A stretch of DNA of 44,662 nucleotides from a virus (lineage: Duplodnaviria; Caudoviricetes), in IMG/VR virus record IMGVR_UViG_3300046698_000093, positions 1 through 44,662 of that record; one strand, given 5' to 3'. Shown here piece by piece: positions 24,184 through 32,032 of the stretch (its first letter is position 1; every line of letters begins with the position of its first letter). A model generated the notes under the pieces. The model saw only the letters and a program-made list of their open reading frames with translations, had not been told where the DNA came from and made no database searches. The position numbers and the translations under genes were made by a program.

Positions 24184-24354
24184 TTAGCGGACCGGAGCAT
24201 CAACCAGCTTGCCGCCGCGTAGCACTTGAGCCTTGACAGGCGGCAGGTCCACCGGATCGGTTTTTGAATACGTCTTGAATGGAGCCTGCGGGTTGCCCAT
24301 TCCACCGAAACGACTCTTGACGGATTCTTTCATCTTGATCGGATTCAGGTTCAT
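24184..24354 (-). CDS. Small hypothetical protein (56 aa, MNLNPIKMKESVKSRFGG...)
   Basis: Not in the ORF track; GGAGGT RBS; directly downstream of tandem promoters. Confidence 0.7.
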   Translation of the reverse strand: MNLNPIKMKESVKSRFGGMGNPQAPFKTYSKTDPVDLPPVKAQVLRGGKLVDAPVR

Positions 24355-24395
24355 CTTTGCTACCTCCAGTTAAAGTTCTGTTCGGTCACAATTGA

Positions 24396-24447
24396 AGCAT
24401 AAGCGTAGTTTACCACGAAAGCAAATAATTGTCAAGACAATTATTTG
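24396..24447 (-). promoter_or_regulatory. Tandem sigma70 promoters with an overlapping palindromic operator
   Basis: TTGACA-17-TAAACT (24407-24435) and TTGCTT-17-TATGCT (24396-24424); perfect inverted repeat CAAATAATTGTC-NN-GACAATTATTTG (24422-24447). Confidence 0.75.
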
Positions 24448-24767
24448 GCATCATGGATTAGGTGGGTACCACCCCAATGATCGGCAAGCCATTGTTCTGC
24501 CTGGGGTTGTGCCGCAACGAAATCCTTGCCCGCAACCACAAGCCATGCCTTGTGCATACAGCAATTGCCCGAGGGTGTAGCTTTGAACCGGCATCGAATC
24601 TTGTAGTAATCCCGCAAGTAATCACGCAACTCTATCAACTCCCGTTTCGCTAAGCTTGCCGGAGCCGGGCCTTCCTCATCGGTCACAGAACACCCCGCAA
24701 CCGCGTATTGGGGGATGCGGTATGAATCGCGTCCCCAACCGTCATTACCCTTATGAAAACGTGCCAT
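24441..24767 (-). CDS. Hypothetical protein
   Basis: GGAGGT RBS before MARFHKG. Confidence 0.7.
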   Translation of the reverse strand: MARFHKGNDGWGRDSYRIPQYAVAGCSVTDEEGPAPASLAKRELIELRDYLRDYYKIRCRFKATPSGNCCMHKAWLVVAGKDFVAAQPQAEQWLADHWGGTHLIHDAK

Positions 24768-24789
24768 GATACGACCTCCAATTCTTCCG

Positions 24790-24831
24790 GTTTTACCGGA
24801 CAAAGCAAATAATTGTCAAGAGAATTATTTG
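24790..24831 (-). promoter_or_regulatory. Second copy of the palindromic operator overlapping a TTGACA promoter element
   Basis: CAAATAATTGTC-AA-GAGAATTATTTG (24806-24831), one mismatch from the 24422 copy; the -10 element is weak (TAAAAC). Confidence 0.6.
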
Positions 24832-24956
24832 ACTAGCAGACATATCGCCACGATCACGCCTGCCATGAGCACCGCCCACCCGCCTATGCACCATAGCAGG
24901 GTGCGGGTATCGCGGTGCATGAGTCTCGGACGGCCTAGCGGCGGAGTTACGTTCAT
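24825..24956 (-). CDS. Small single-pass membrane protein (43 aa)
   Basis: MNVTPPLGRPRLMHRDTRTLLWCIGGWAVLMAGVIVAICLLVK; not in the ORF track. Confidence 0.55.
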   Translation of the reverse strand: MNVTPPLGRPRLMHRDTRTLLWCIGGWAVLMAGVIVAICLLVK

Positions 24957-24966
24957 ACACCAGTGT

Positions 24967-25194
24967 TCAGGATACCTTGGCATTGTGGACCTCCGCTAAC
25001 GGTGTAAGAAGGTAGACATCATACCACGATCCGCCGACGATCCAGCCGACGTGCCTTGCTGATCCATCGGCATTGTCGCGATAGACGTTCCTAGCCGACT
25101 TCTTGCCGACACGTTCGAGCAGGGTTTTCCGGGGCGTCTCAGACTCATATACGACGCGATTGCCATACTGGTCGATTGCTAACCATTTACGCAT
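24967..25194 (-). CDS. Hypothetical phage protein
   Basis: AAGGA RBS; IDQYG...VYRD.ADGSARHVGWIVGGSWYDVY. Confidence 0.7.
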   Translation of the reverse strand: MRKWLAIDQYGNRVVYESETPRKTLLERVGKKSARNVYRDNADGSARHVGWIVGGSWYDVYLLTPLAEVHNAKVS

Positions 25195-25353
25195 GTCTTG
25201 TTCCTTTCCATAGTAAGTCTACATTGTCAAAAGGACGTAGGCAAATCCAACACGAACCATCGCCCAAAATATCTCGGAAGGGAGTGATATCATCTTGCGT
25301 CTCCTTATAGACTTCCGTCTAATCGCTTGCGTACGGTAGTTAGGTTGTAAGGT

Positions 25354-25650
25354 TTAATCGCCATAGGTTTCATCGGTTAGAGGATCGTAGTTAGAGGATG
25401 ATGGATCGATATTGACGTTGACCGGAGCTGCTCCATACATTGCGTTAACACATGAATGTACGAAGGCCGCTTTTTCTATGCTAGATAGTGTCTTTACCCG
25501 GATAGTCAATTGTGCACAGTCCAACGTCCCATGCCAACACTCTGAACATAGCGGGCCAGAAATCACGTGCCCACCTAAGAATTCAGGAAGAATGATATCG
25601 CCGTATGGATGCGACGTGTACTTGTGACAAGATGTGCAAATAATCGCCAT
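25354..25650 (-). CDS. Hypothetical Zn-finger-like protein
   Basis: CTSC...CSEC; GAGGTG RBS. Confidence 0.6.
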   Translation of the reverse strand: MAIICTSCHKYTSHPYGDIILPEFLGGHVISGPLCSECWHGTLDCAQLTIRVKTLSSIEKAAFVHSCVNAMYGAAPVNVNIDPSSSNYDPLTDETYGD

Positions 25651-25675
25651 AATTCACCTCTAATTGAAGTATACG

Positions 25676-25957
25676 TTACAAAACCGGCGGAAGCAAATTG
25701 GGTTTGGCCCCATTGGGTTTGGCCCGCTTGCCTTGGCACTCCGCCGTTAAGGTCTCCAATTGGGCTTTGAGCTTTGGACCCAACACAGGATCATCGTAGT
25801 ATTGATCGTAAAGCTCTGTAAGCCGATTGATTTCTTTGCGATTGTCAAGATACTTGTGCCAGCACCGCTTGCAATAGGCTTGGCTTCCGTAATCCCGACG
25901 ATGAATGGTTTGGCTGCATTTAGGGCACTCGCGATATTCTGTGAATTCTTTAGCCAT
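25676..25957 (-). CDS. Hypothetical Zn-finger-like protein
   Basis: CPKC...YCKRC; AGGAG RBS. Confidence 0.65.
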   Translation of the reverse strand: MAKEFTEYRECPKCSQTIHRRDYGSQAYCKRCWHKYLDNRKEINRLTELYDQYYDDPVLGPKLKAQLETLTAECQGKRAKPNGAKPNLLPPVL

Positions 25958-25979
25958 TGGCTAATCTCCTATGACGACC

Positions 25980-26008
25980 AATGTAGCATATTACTGTAAG
26001 GCTGTCAA
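25980..26008 (-). promoter_or_regulatory. Sigma70-type early promoter
   Basis: TTGACA-17 nt-TACATT with a TG extension. Confidence 0.65.
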
Positions 26009-26013
26009 GAGTA

Positions 26014-26325
26014 AACCTTACGGGTAAGGAAAATAACATGGGGTAAGGTCGAATGAGCAAACCCCTTGAAACAAGCTATTTACTGTTATTATCTCTGTTA
26101 TCTATTCTAATAAAGGAGTAGGACTATAGAGAAGACCTTACCCCCCTTACGGGTAATACTTATTCTACGGACGGAGACAGCAAATTGGGGGGGGTAATAG
26201 GGGTAATATCGGGTAAAGTAGGGGCAAAAGTGCCAAATATGGGGGGTTTTTGCATAAATGAGTATTACCCTAATAAGGGGGGGTAATACCGCTTTTTGGG
26301 CTTACCGTAATATTAGGGTAATACA
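26014..26325. repeat. Non-coding GGGTAA/TTACCC iteron cluster, candidate replication origin
   Basis: GGGTAA at 26022, 26041, 26151, 26192, 26201, 26211, 26281 and 26316; TTACCC at 26138 and 26265; AT-rich patch at about 26077-26114. Confidence 0.6.
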
Positions 26326-26420
26326 GGCCGCACAAAAACTGCGCAACTACACAAATAGTGTTGCCAAACGTCAACATGGTGGTGTGACGCCCGTTTGACC
26401 GGTGTCCCCCGCTCGCGAGC

Positions 26421-26463
26421 ATAAAATAAAACCCCCGACATGCTTCTTACACCATGTCGGGGG
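26421..26463 (-). terminator. Rho-independent terminator
   Basis: CCCCCGACATG/CATGTCGGGGG stem followed on the minus strand by TTTTATTTTAT; downstream of 26491-26790. Confidence 0.8.
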
Positions 26464-26490
26464 CACGTAGACCACAAGGTCTGCGATTAG

Positions 26491-26790
26491 TTACGGCTTA
26501 ACGTATTCAACTACGCCGTCTATCTCCAGATATACGCATGTCTGAAATAGTTCACGGGCGATTTGCTTGGCAAGGTCACGCCAATCGTCCCCGGTACCCG
26601 TAGGGCATGAGCAATCGAACACCGTCACTGGCTCCACGATCAATTGGCCTTGATCGTCCTTCCACCCGCCGACAGCCTGCGTGGCCGTGAACCCTCCAGC
26701 AATGTCTGCGATACAGGGACCGTAGTCCGGGATGGTCATGACCTTGCCATTTTTTAATCCGCAATTGGGCACGATCAGTCGAATCTTCAT
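26491..26790 (-). CDS. Small phage protein (DUF3574-like pattern)
   Basis: GGFTATQAVGGWKDDQGQLIVEPVTVF...Q.CVYL; AAGGA RBS; has its own promoter and terminator. Confidence 0.65.
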   Translation of the reverse strand: MKIRLIVPNCGLKNGKVMTIPDYGPCIADIAGGFTATQAVGGWKDDQGQLIVEPVTVFDCSCPTGTGDDWRDLAKQIARELFQTCVYLEIDGVVEYVKP

Positions 26791-26822
26791 GTCTTGTTCC
26801 TTACGGCGTTATTGCCAATGGA

Positions 26823-26851
26823 AGCATAAGCCACAAGCAAGGCGAAAGCAA
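26823..26851 (-). promoter_or_regulatory. Sigma70-type early promoter
   Basis: TTGCTT-17 nt-TATGCT, with the same flanks as 24396-24424 (ATTTGCTTTCG...GCTTATGCTTCNATTG). Confidence 0.6.
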
Positions 26852-26978
26852 ATTGACTTGAAAAATTTTTGCGGCGCTTTGTGCATGTACGCGCGCGTAG
26901 GCCCCATCCCTGTAGGCCCCATAGGGTGAAGGGGACGGGGTATGGCCTCCCGGATCGTCTTCCCCAAATGGGACTCTA

Positions 26979-27077
26979 GATTACCGGAACCCATCGACAC
27001 GAAATTCCAAAGCAAACAATATGGGAGGGCAAGCCACGATTACCGGCACCCATCGACTTAAACTTTCAATGCAAACA
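26979..27077 (+). repeat. Two imperfect 40-nt direct repeats, 59-nt period
   Basis: GATTACCGGAACCCATCGACACGAAATTCCAAAGCAAACA versus GATTACCGGCACCCATCGACTTAAACTTTCAATGCAAACA. Confidence 0.85.
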
Positions 27078-27086
27078 TTAAATAGC

Positions 27087-27129
27087 CCTTGACCGGCTTC
27101 GCCCTACCGGGTAGGATGAAGGGTCAAGG
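27087..27129 (+). promoter_or_regulatory. Candidate promoter of the morphogenesis arm, embedded in an inverted repeat
   Basis: TTGACC-17 nt-TAGGAT (27089-27117) inside nested CCTTGACC/GGTCAAGG, CTTC/GAAG and CCTAC/GTAGG. Confidence 0.5.
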
Positions 27130-27143
27130 AATAAGAACTATGG

Positions 27144-27572
27144 CTGGCTATATCTGCGAAAGGTAGGTGCCTCTTGGGTTGGACAAGTCTCGGCGATCCT
27201 GTACATGGCGAAGTCATCAGCACTGATGCCCACCTGGGCGTGGCGGCGATCCTCTATCCAGCCGGGGCGCAGGTTATTGCGGGCGTCGTCCAGCCCCGCA
27301 CCCAACTGGCCACCGAATTTGCCGTAGTCACGGACATCGAACTCTTGATGCCCGCGGGCGGCAACTACGAAATTCTGTTCTACCCCCTCGGTGGGGCGAT
27401 CACCAGCACCGCTGGCACCCGGATCGTCAAGGGTAACTCCAGCGTCTCTGGCGGCGTGGCCCATCACTTCGACACCCCCCGCACCGGCCCCAAGGGGTAC
27501 GGCGTGGCGGTTATAGCGGACGCCGGGCAGGCGCTGGACGTGGTTATCACTGGCGGCTTGTGCAAGGTCTAA
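27144..27572 (+). CDS. Hypothetical beta-rich protein, possibly virion-associated; start uncertain
   Basis: Open frame from CTG 27144 or TTG 27174; the RBS-linked ATG at 27140 is out of frame. Confidence 0.6.
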   Translation: MAISAKGRCLLGWTSLGDPVHGEVISTDAHLGVAAILYPAGAQVIAGVVQPRTQLATEFAVVTDIELLMPAGGNYEILFYPLGGAITSTAGTRIVKGNSSVSGGVAHHFDTPRTGPKGYGVAVIADAGQALDVVITGGLCKV

Positions 27573-27588
27573 ACCGAGGTCTCACTCA

Positions 27589-27879
27589 ATGATCGTAACT
27601 ATAAACATCAATTTATCCGATGCGGACCGGGCATCGTACAGTACTCTGGTAGCGCCGGATACGGTCACATTCCTGATCGCAAAATTGGCGGCTCAGTTGT
27701 CCGGGGCGATGCAAACTACGCTGTCGGATGGGACCGATATCATCGCGCTGCTCCAACCAGGGGACCAGGCGTCGCTTCAAGGGCTGGTTTCCGTGGTTCA
27801 AAACATGCCTGTCGCGGCGATTCCGCCCGGATCAGGTGGGGTCGCATCTCCCGCCCCGGCCACTACGGGAGGTGCGTAA
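27589..27879 (+). CDS. Hypothetical protein
   Basis: GAGGT RBS; TAATG coupling to the next gene. Confidence 0.65.
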   Translation: MIVTININLSDADRASYSTLVAPDTVTFLIAKLAAQLSGAMQTTLSDGTDIIALLQPGDQASLQGLVSVVQNMPVAAIPPGSGGVASPAPATTGGA

Positions 27880-28784
27880 TGGCCAGCAAATACTTCTATA
27901 TCGCCGGGGGAGGCAGCAGCCCCTATTCGACTGTGGGCAATTGGTATCTCGGCCCCAACGGAACAGGCGGTGCGGCGGGGTCGATTCCTACGGCGGGGGA
28001 CACTATCTACCAGTCCAACGGCACCATGACCTTCACCACGGGCGTTACAATACCTAATACTGGCAACGGAATTACCATCGCCAGTAACCTCACCGTATCA
28101 GGACTGTCTACTACAAGTCTAGTCCTGGGATCGGGGGTCGTCGTGAACGCGGGCGTGACGATCACAGATTCGTCCAACCTCATGCTTTTCACGGTAGGTT
28201 CGTCAACGAGCCATCCGGTTATTTTCATGGGGGACATGATCCTATCTGGGTTTGGTTCGGGAATAAACCTGGCATCTGGGAAATGGGAGATCAATAACGG
28301 CGCTGCCGGTGGTAGCCTCATATTCACTAATGTGGGCACATCGGGGTCAACTTCCACGATTACGCTGCAACCAGCGGCCTCGGGACAGGTGATGTCCTTC
28401 TCGAACCTGACTCTAGACCTCAGCACAAACACGTTGTATTCGTTCATTGATGTGACGGGCCTGCCGGTGGGAGCTTCAGCGTGGAAACTCACGGGTGCCT
28501 TGACAATCAACCAGTATACGGGACTTGTAGCGCCCACGGGCAACTGGCTAGTCCTCACCCCGGCTGCGGGCAGTAATCTAGGTTCAACTTCCGCTTTCGG
28601 TGTAACCGTGGCACACGTTCCCGCTCTGGGCGCGATCCTTACAACGGACAATTTGTTCGGAGCAATTGGTACGGTGGTCCTCCCAACAGCAGGACAGGTG
28701 GCGAACGGCGTGGCTTTTGGGCCGGGTGGAAGTCTTACAGGCAGCTTTTCGAGCGCGCCAGTTGGGATCGTCGTTGGCGGCTAA
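27879..28784 (+). CDS. Gly/Ser/Thr-rich beta-helix-like protein (putative spike/fibre-associated)
   Basis: GNW...PTAGDTIY leader; C-terminal LPTAGQVANGVAFG motif; GGAGGT RBS. Confidence 0.55.
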   Translation: MASKYFYIAGGGSSPYSTVGNWYLGPNGTGGAAGSIPTAGDTIYQSNGTMTFTTGVTIPNTGNGITIASNLTVSGLSTTSLVLGSGVVVNAGVTITDSSNLMLFTVGSSTSHPVIFMGDMILSGFGSGINLASGKWEINNGAAGGSLIFTNVGTSGSTSTITLQPAASGQVMSFSNLTLDLSTNTLYSFIDVTGLPVGASAWKLTGALTINQYTGLVAPTGNWLVLTPAAGSNLGSTSAFGVTVAHVPALGAILTTDNLFGAIGTVVLPTAGQVANGVAFGPGGSLTGSFSSAPVGIVVGG

Positions 28785-29160
28785 ACGTGACATCAAGACT
28801 CCCACAGGTGCCATTCTGAGTAAATATCTCAGAAGTTTGGCGCTGGATATCGAGACCCAGGACGACCACGGTGATCCCATTACCAAGGCAGCGGCGTTGG
28901 CCCAACTCGTTTGGAAGTCGGCGCTCGGCTTCAAGGAACTTGATCCCAAGACCGGCAAGGAAACTCGGTTTCCTCCCGACTGGCGCGCGATAGACATACT
29001 CTACAATCGTATCGAAGGCAAGATTCCTCTGGCCGTCGTGGAGGATCAAGGCCGGTCGTTAACGGAGAAGGTCACGGACTTAGGCAAGGCCCGGATCAAT
29101 TCGATGGCCAAGGCCGCGGCCGAGAAGTCTGAGGATGACGCCGAACCCGGCGAGGAGTAG
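28774..29160 (+). CDS. Putative terminase small subunit
   Basis: Helical protein ITKAAALAQLVWKSAL...AIDILYNRIEGK with an acidic tail; upstream of TerL; TTG start inferred. Confidence 0.5.
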   Translation: MAAKRDIKTPTGAILSKYLRSLALDIETQDDHGDPITKAAALAQLVWKSALGFKELDPKTGKETRFPPDWRAIDILYNRIEGKIPLAVVEDQGRSLTEKVTDLGKARINSMAKAAAEKSEDDAEPGEE

Positions 29161-29165
29161 GCCCA

Positions 29166-29663
29166 TTGGCGAAGGCGAAATCCACGACGATAGAGATACC
29201 GACTATCTCTACGATCCAGCCGAATCTGGCACCAGTCCTGGTGCCCCATTCCCGCGGGGGTAAAAAATGCCCGCGGTGTGGAGTATCGAAGCCCTGGTCG
29301 GAGTTCTACATCAGTCGTACCCGGAATAAGAAATATACTTCGTACTGCAAGAAGTGTTGCTGTGATCCGGCTCGTCAGAAGGATAGGGTATACCGGGAAA
29401 ACCCAAATAGTAGAAGGAAGCGTTTGTTTGAACGGTATGGGCTGTCAATTGAGAAATACGACGCCATGAATTCCGAGCAAGGCGGCGTCTGTGCAATTTG
29501 CCATAAGAAGACCCTCAAACGATTGTCTGTGGACCACAATCATATAACTGGTAAGATACGGGGTCTGCTTTGTGCTGAGTGTAATTATGGTCTTGGTATG
29601 TTTCAGGATAATGCCGACAATTTGAGACGGGCCTCCCGGTATTTGGATGAGGCCAATGGTTGA
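29166..29663 (+). CDS. Endonuclease VII-family (homing) endonuclease
   Basis: CPRCG...YCKKC; RYGLSIEKYD...QGGVCAIC...LSVDHNHITGKIRGLLCAECNYGLG. Confidence 0.9.
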   Translation: MAKAKSTTIEIPTISTIQPNLAPVLVPHSRGGKKCPRCGVSKPWSEFYISRTRNKKYTSYCKKCCCDPARQKDRVYRENPNSRRKRLFERYGLSIEKYDAMNSEQGGVCAICHKKTLKRLSVDHNHITGKIRGLLCAECNYGLGMFQDNADNLRRASRYLDEANG

Positions 29664-31575
29664 CACCAACAAACCCGAATTGGCGCACCCTTTCCCTAAC
29701 CAACCTGTTATATGGACGTGCCCCAAGACCGGTCTCAAGGTGCCTAAAGCGATCCATGAGAATCTGGAGTACCGGGCGCGGCTTTTGCGCGATGCCGATA
29801 GTGATCCCCAATTTCAGAATGACCTCTGGGCCGCTTGCCGGGATTCACTTCTATTCTGGGTGAATGCCTTTGTCTATACATTAAAGCTTCGAGAGATCAA
29901 CGATGAGGGCCAACAAAGGCTGAGGGAAGATGGATCGAATGCGCCCTTTGTAACTTGGGAAATACAGGACCGGCACTTGCTTGCCATAGAGGGGGCGATC
30001 CGCGATCAGCATGACTTGTTGACGGACAAATCACGCGACATGGGGGCATCTTGGGATCACATCCTGGTTTTTGAACACCAGTTTCTTTTCCGCACCGACC
30101 CCGTGTTCTTCCTTGAGATGTCCCGCACGGAGGAATACGTAGATGGGAGGGACAACCCCAAGTCGTTATTCTATAAACACAGGTACATACGAAAATGGCT
30201 TCCTACTTGGATGGTTCCCCCCATCAAAGATGTAACGATGTCCTTCACCAATTTGGCGACTAATAGCCGGATTGACGGTGAATCCACGAACCAGAACGCG
30301 GCATCCGGTGACAGGCGGGATGCCCTTCTTCTTGATGAATTCGCTAAAGTAGATGCGGGCCAGATGATTCGCAAGAGTACCGGAGATGTGGCGCAATGCC
30401 GCCTCGTTAATTCCACGCCCGCAGGGCCGGGAACAGAATACACCAAGTGGAAGAAGTCGGGTAAGATCAAAGTCTTCACTATGCCGTGGTGGGAACACCC
30501 AGAGAAGGGGAAGGGCCGGTATGTCGTCCAAGATGAAGTCACCCACGCATGGAAGATCAGGTCTAAGTGGTATGATTTTGAATCCGAGCGCCGGTCGCCC
30601 CAGGAAATGGCGCAAGAATTGGACATGGACGATATCGGTTCTGGGTCCACCTTCTTCGACGCGCACCCTATTGAGCAGCACCGGGCGTTGTTCGCCAAGC
30701 CCGCGACGTTTACACGCGGCTTCGACTTCCTTCGAAATGTGGCCCAGGATGCCATGCCTGGTATAATCGCACGTAAGCAGATAGATCAGATCAACATCGC
30801 TAAGACTGGAAGCTGGCGCTTCTGGTCGGCCAACGTAGGAGGGAGACCCGATCAAACCAAGAATTACATCTTCGGCGTCGATATTTCCAAGGGGCAGGGG
30901 GCTTCTAACTCAGTTGTATCGGTCCTTTGTGCCGAGACCCGTGAGAAGATCGCGGAGTTTGCTGATGCTAATGTACCTCCTTACGATCTCGCTCGAATTG
31001 TTTCTGCTGCTGCTATATGGTTTGGCGGTGCTCGTTCCGGTGGGCATCCACTGGTTATCTGGGAAGCTAACGGCCCCGGCTGGGATTTTGGCCGCGTGTT
31101 TGTCAAGACTTTGCAATATCCAAATTACTATGTTGATAAAGCTGCGGGCACGGTGACGGAGAAGACTGGTAAACGATACGGCTGGCACAGCACTAAGGAA
31201 AAGAAAGAACAGACCCTCGGCATCTTGCGCCGAGCTTACGCCCATGCGGGAATCATTAACCATTCGGCTGAGGCGCTTGACGAGGCTCTTACCTACGTCT
31301 ACTACGATTCTGGTGGCCTCGGACCCGCGGAATTCGTTAAAGAATCAGAATCGGCGCAACTTACTCACGGGGATAGAGTCATAGCTGATATGTTAATGCT
31401 CTTAGGGGTCGAAGATGCCCCTACAGGAAAACCCGTGGAACCGCTTCCTCCGGGAAGGTCTATTGGGGAACGAAAAAGATTCGCCCTTGCGCATAGGAAG
31501 ACTAATCGGTTAGAATGGGGTGCGGTGGTGGATTTCTCATCCGGCCACCCTGAGTTTTATAAGAAGGGCAGATAA
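29656..31575 (+). CDS. terL: Terminase large subunit
   Basis: KSRDMGASW Walker A, LLLDEFA Walker B, NSTPAG motif III; RNase H-like GVDISKGQG, WEANGPG, HGDRVIA. Confidence 0.92.
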   Translation: MVDTNKPELAHPFPNQPVIWTCPKTGLKVPKAIHENLEYRARLLRDADSDPQFQNDLWAACRDSLLFWVNAFVYTLKLREINDEGQQRLREDGSNAPFVTWEIQDRHLLAIEGAIRDQHDLLTDKSRDMGASWDHILVFEHQFLFRTDPVFFLEMSRTEEYVDGRDNPKSLFYKHRYIRKWLPTWMVPPIKDVTMSFTNLATNSRIDGESTNQNAASGDRRDALLLDEFAKVDAGQMIRKSTGDVAQCRLVNSTPAGPGTEYTKWKKSGKIKVFTMPWWEHPEKGKGRYVVQDEVTHAWKIRSKWYDFESERRSPQEMAQELDMDDIGSGSTFFDAHPIEQHRALFAKPATFTRGFDFLRNVAQDAMPGIIARKQIDQINIAKTGSWRFWSANVGGRPDQTKNYIFGVDISKGQGASNSVVSVLCAETREKIAEFADANVPPYDLARIVSAAAIWFGGARSGGHPLVIWEANGPGWDFGRVFVKTLQYPNYYVDKAAGTVTEKTGKRYGWHSTKEKKEQTLGILRRAYAHAGIINHSAEALDEALTYVYYDSGGLGPAEFVKESESAQLTHGDRVIADMLMLLGVEDAPTGKPVEPLPPGRSIGERKRFALAHRKTNRLEWGAVVDFSSGHPEFYKKGR

Positions 31576-32030
31576 TGCCAAAACGAGTCCGTGATCCTGA
31601 AAAGGTCCAGTTGCAAGGACAGCGTTATTACGCGAAAGACCCCGCCAGAAGACTACGTTCGAGAGAACGAGCGAAGCGGTGGTATTACGAACATAAGGCG
31701 CAAGCCTTGGCTGGAAGTAAGCGTAGACGTGAAGCCCGTTCTAACACCGACTACGATAGAGATAAGAATCTCTCCCGACTTTATGGTTTATCCGCGGCGC
31801 AGTATGATCGCATGTTTTTAGAACAAAACGGAAGGTGTTACATTTGTGGCCAGGAAGAAACAAGAACTCACGGAGGTAAACCTTCTCGTTTAGCGGTTGA
31901 CCACAACCACGAAACCGGACAAGTGCGGCGTCTACTGTGTTGTGGGTGTAACACCCTTCTCGGCGGGGCTAGGGAAAACCCCATGACGCTTGAAAAGGCT
32001 GCCGCGTATTTGCGACAGTTCCAGGTATAG
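31575..32030 (+). CDS. Endonuclease VII-family (homing) endonuclease
   Basis: LYGLSAAQYD...QNGRCYIC...LAVDHNHETGQVRRLLCCGCNTLLG. Confidence 0.9.
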   Translation: MPKRVRDPEKVQLQGQRYYAKDPARRLRSRERAKRWYYEHKAQALAGSKRRREARSNTDYDRDKNLSRLYGLSAAQYDRMFLEQNGRCYICGQEETRTHGGKPSRLAVDHNHETGQVRRLLCCGCNTLLGGARENPMTLEKAAAYLRQFQV

Positions 32031-32032
32031 AT

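Noticed and set aside
25203-25230. Promoter at the TTGACA near 25225 (minus strand)
   Set aside because: No acceptable -10 hexamer at 16-18 nt spacing.
7045-26790. Lysogeny module
   Set aside because: No integrase, ParA or CI/Cro-like pair was recognised.
26979-27077. Mini-CRISPR array
   Set aside because: Only two imperfect, non-palindromic copies separated by 19 nt.
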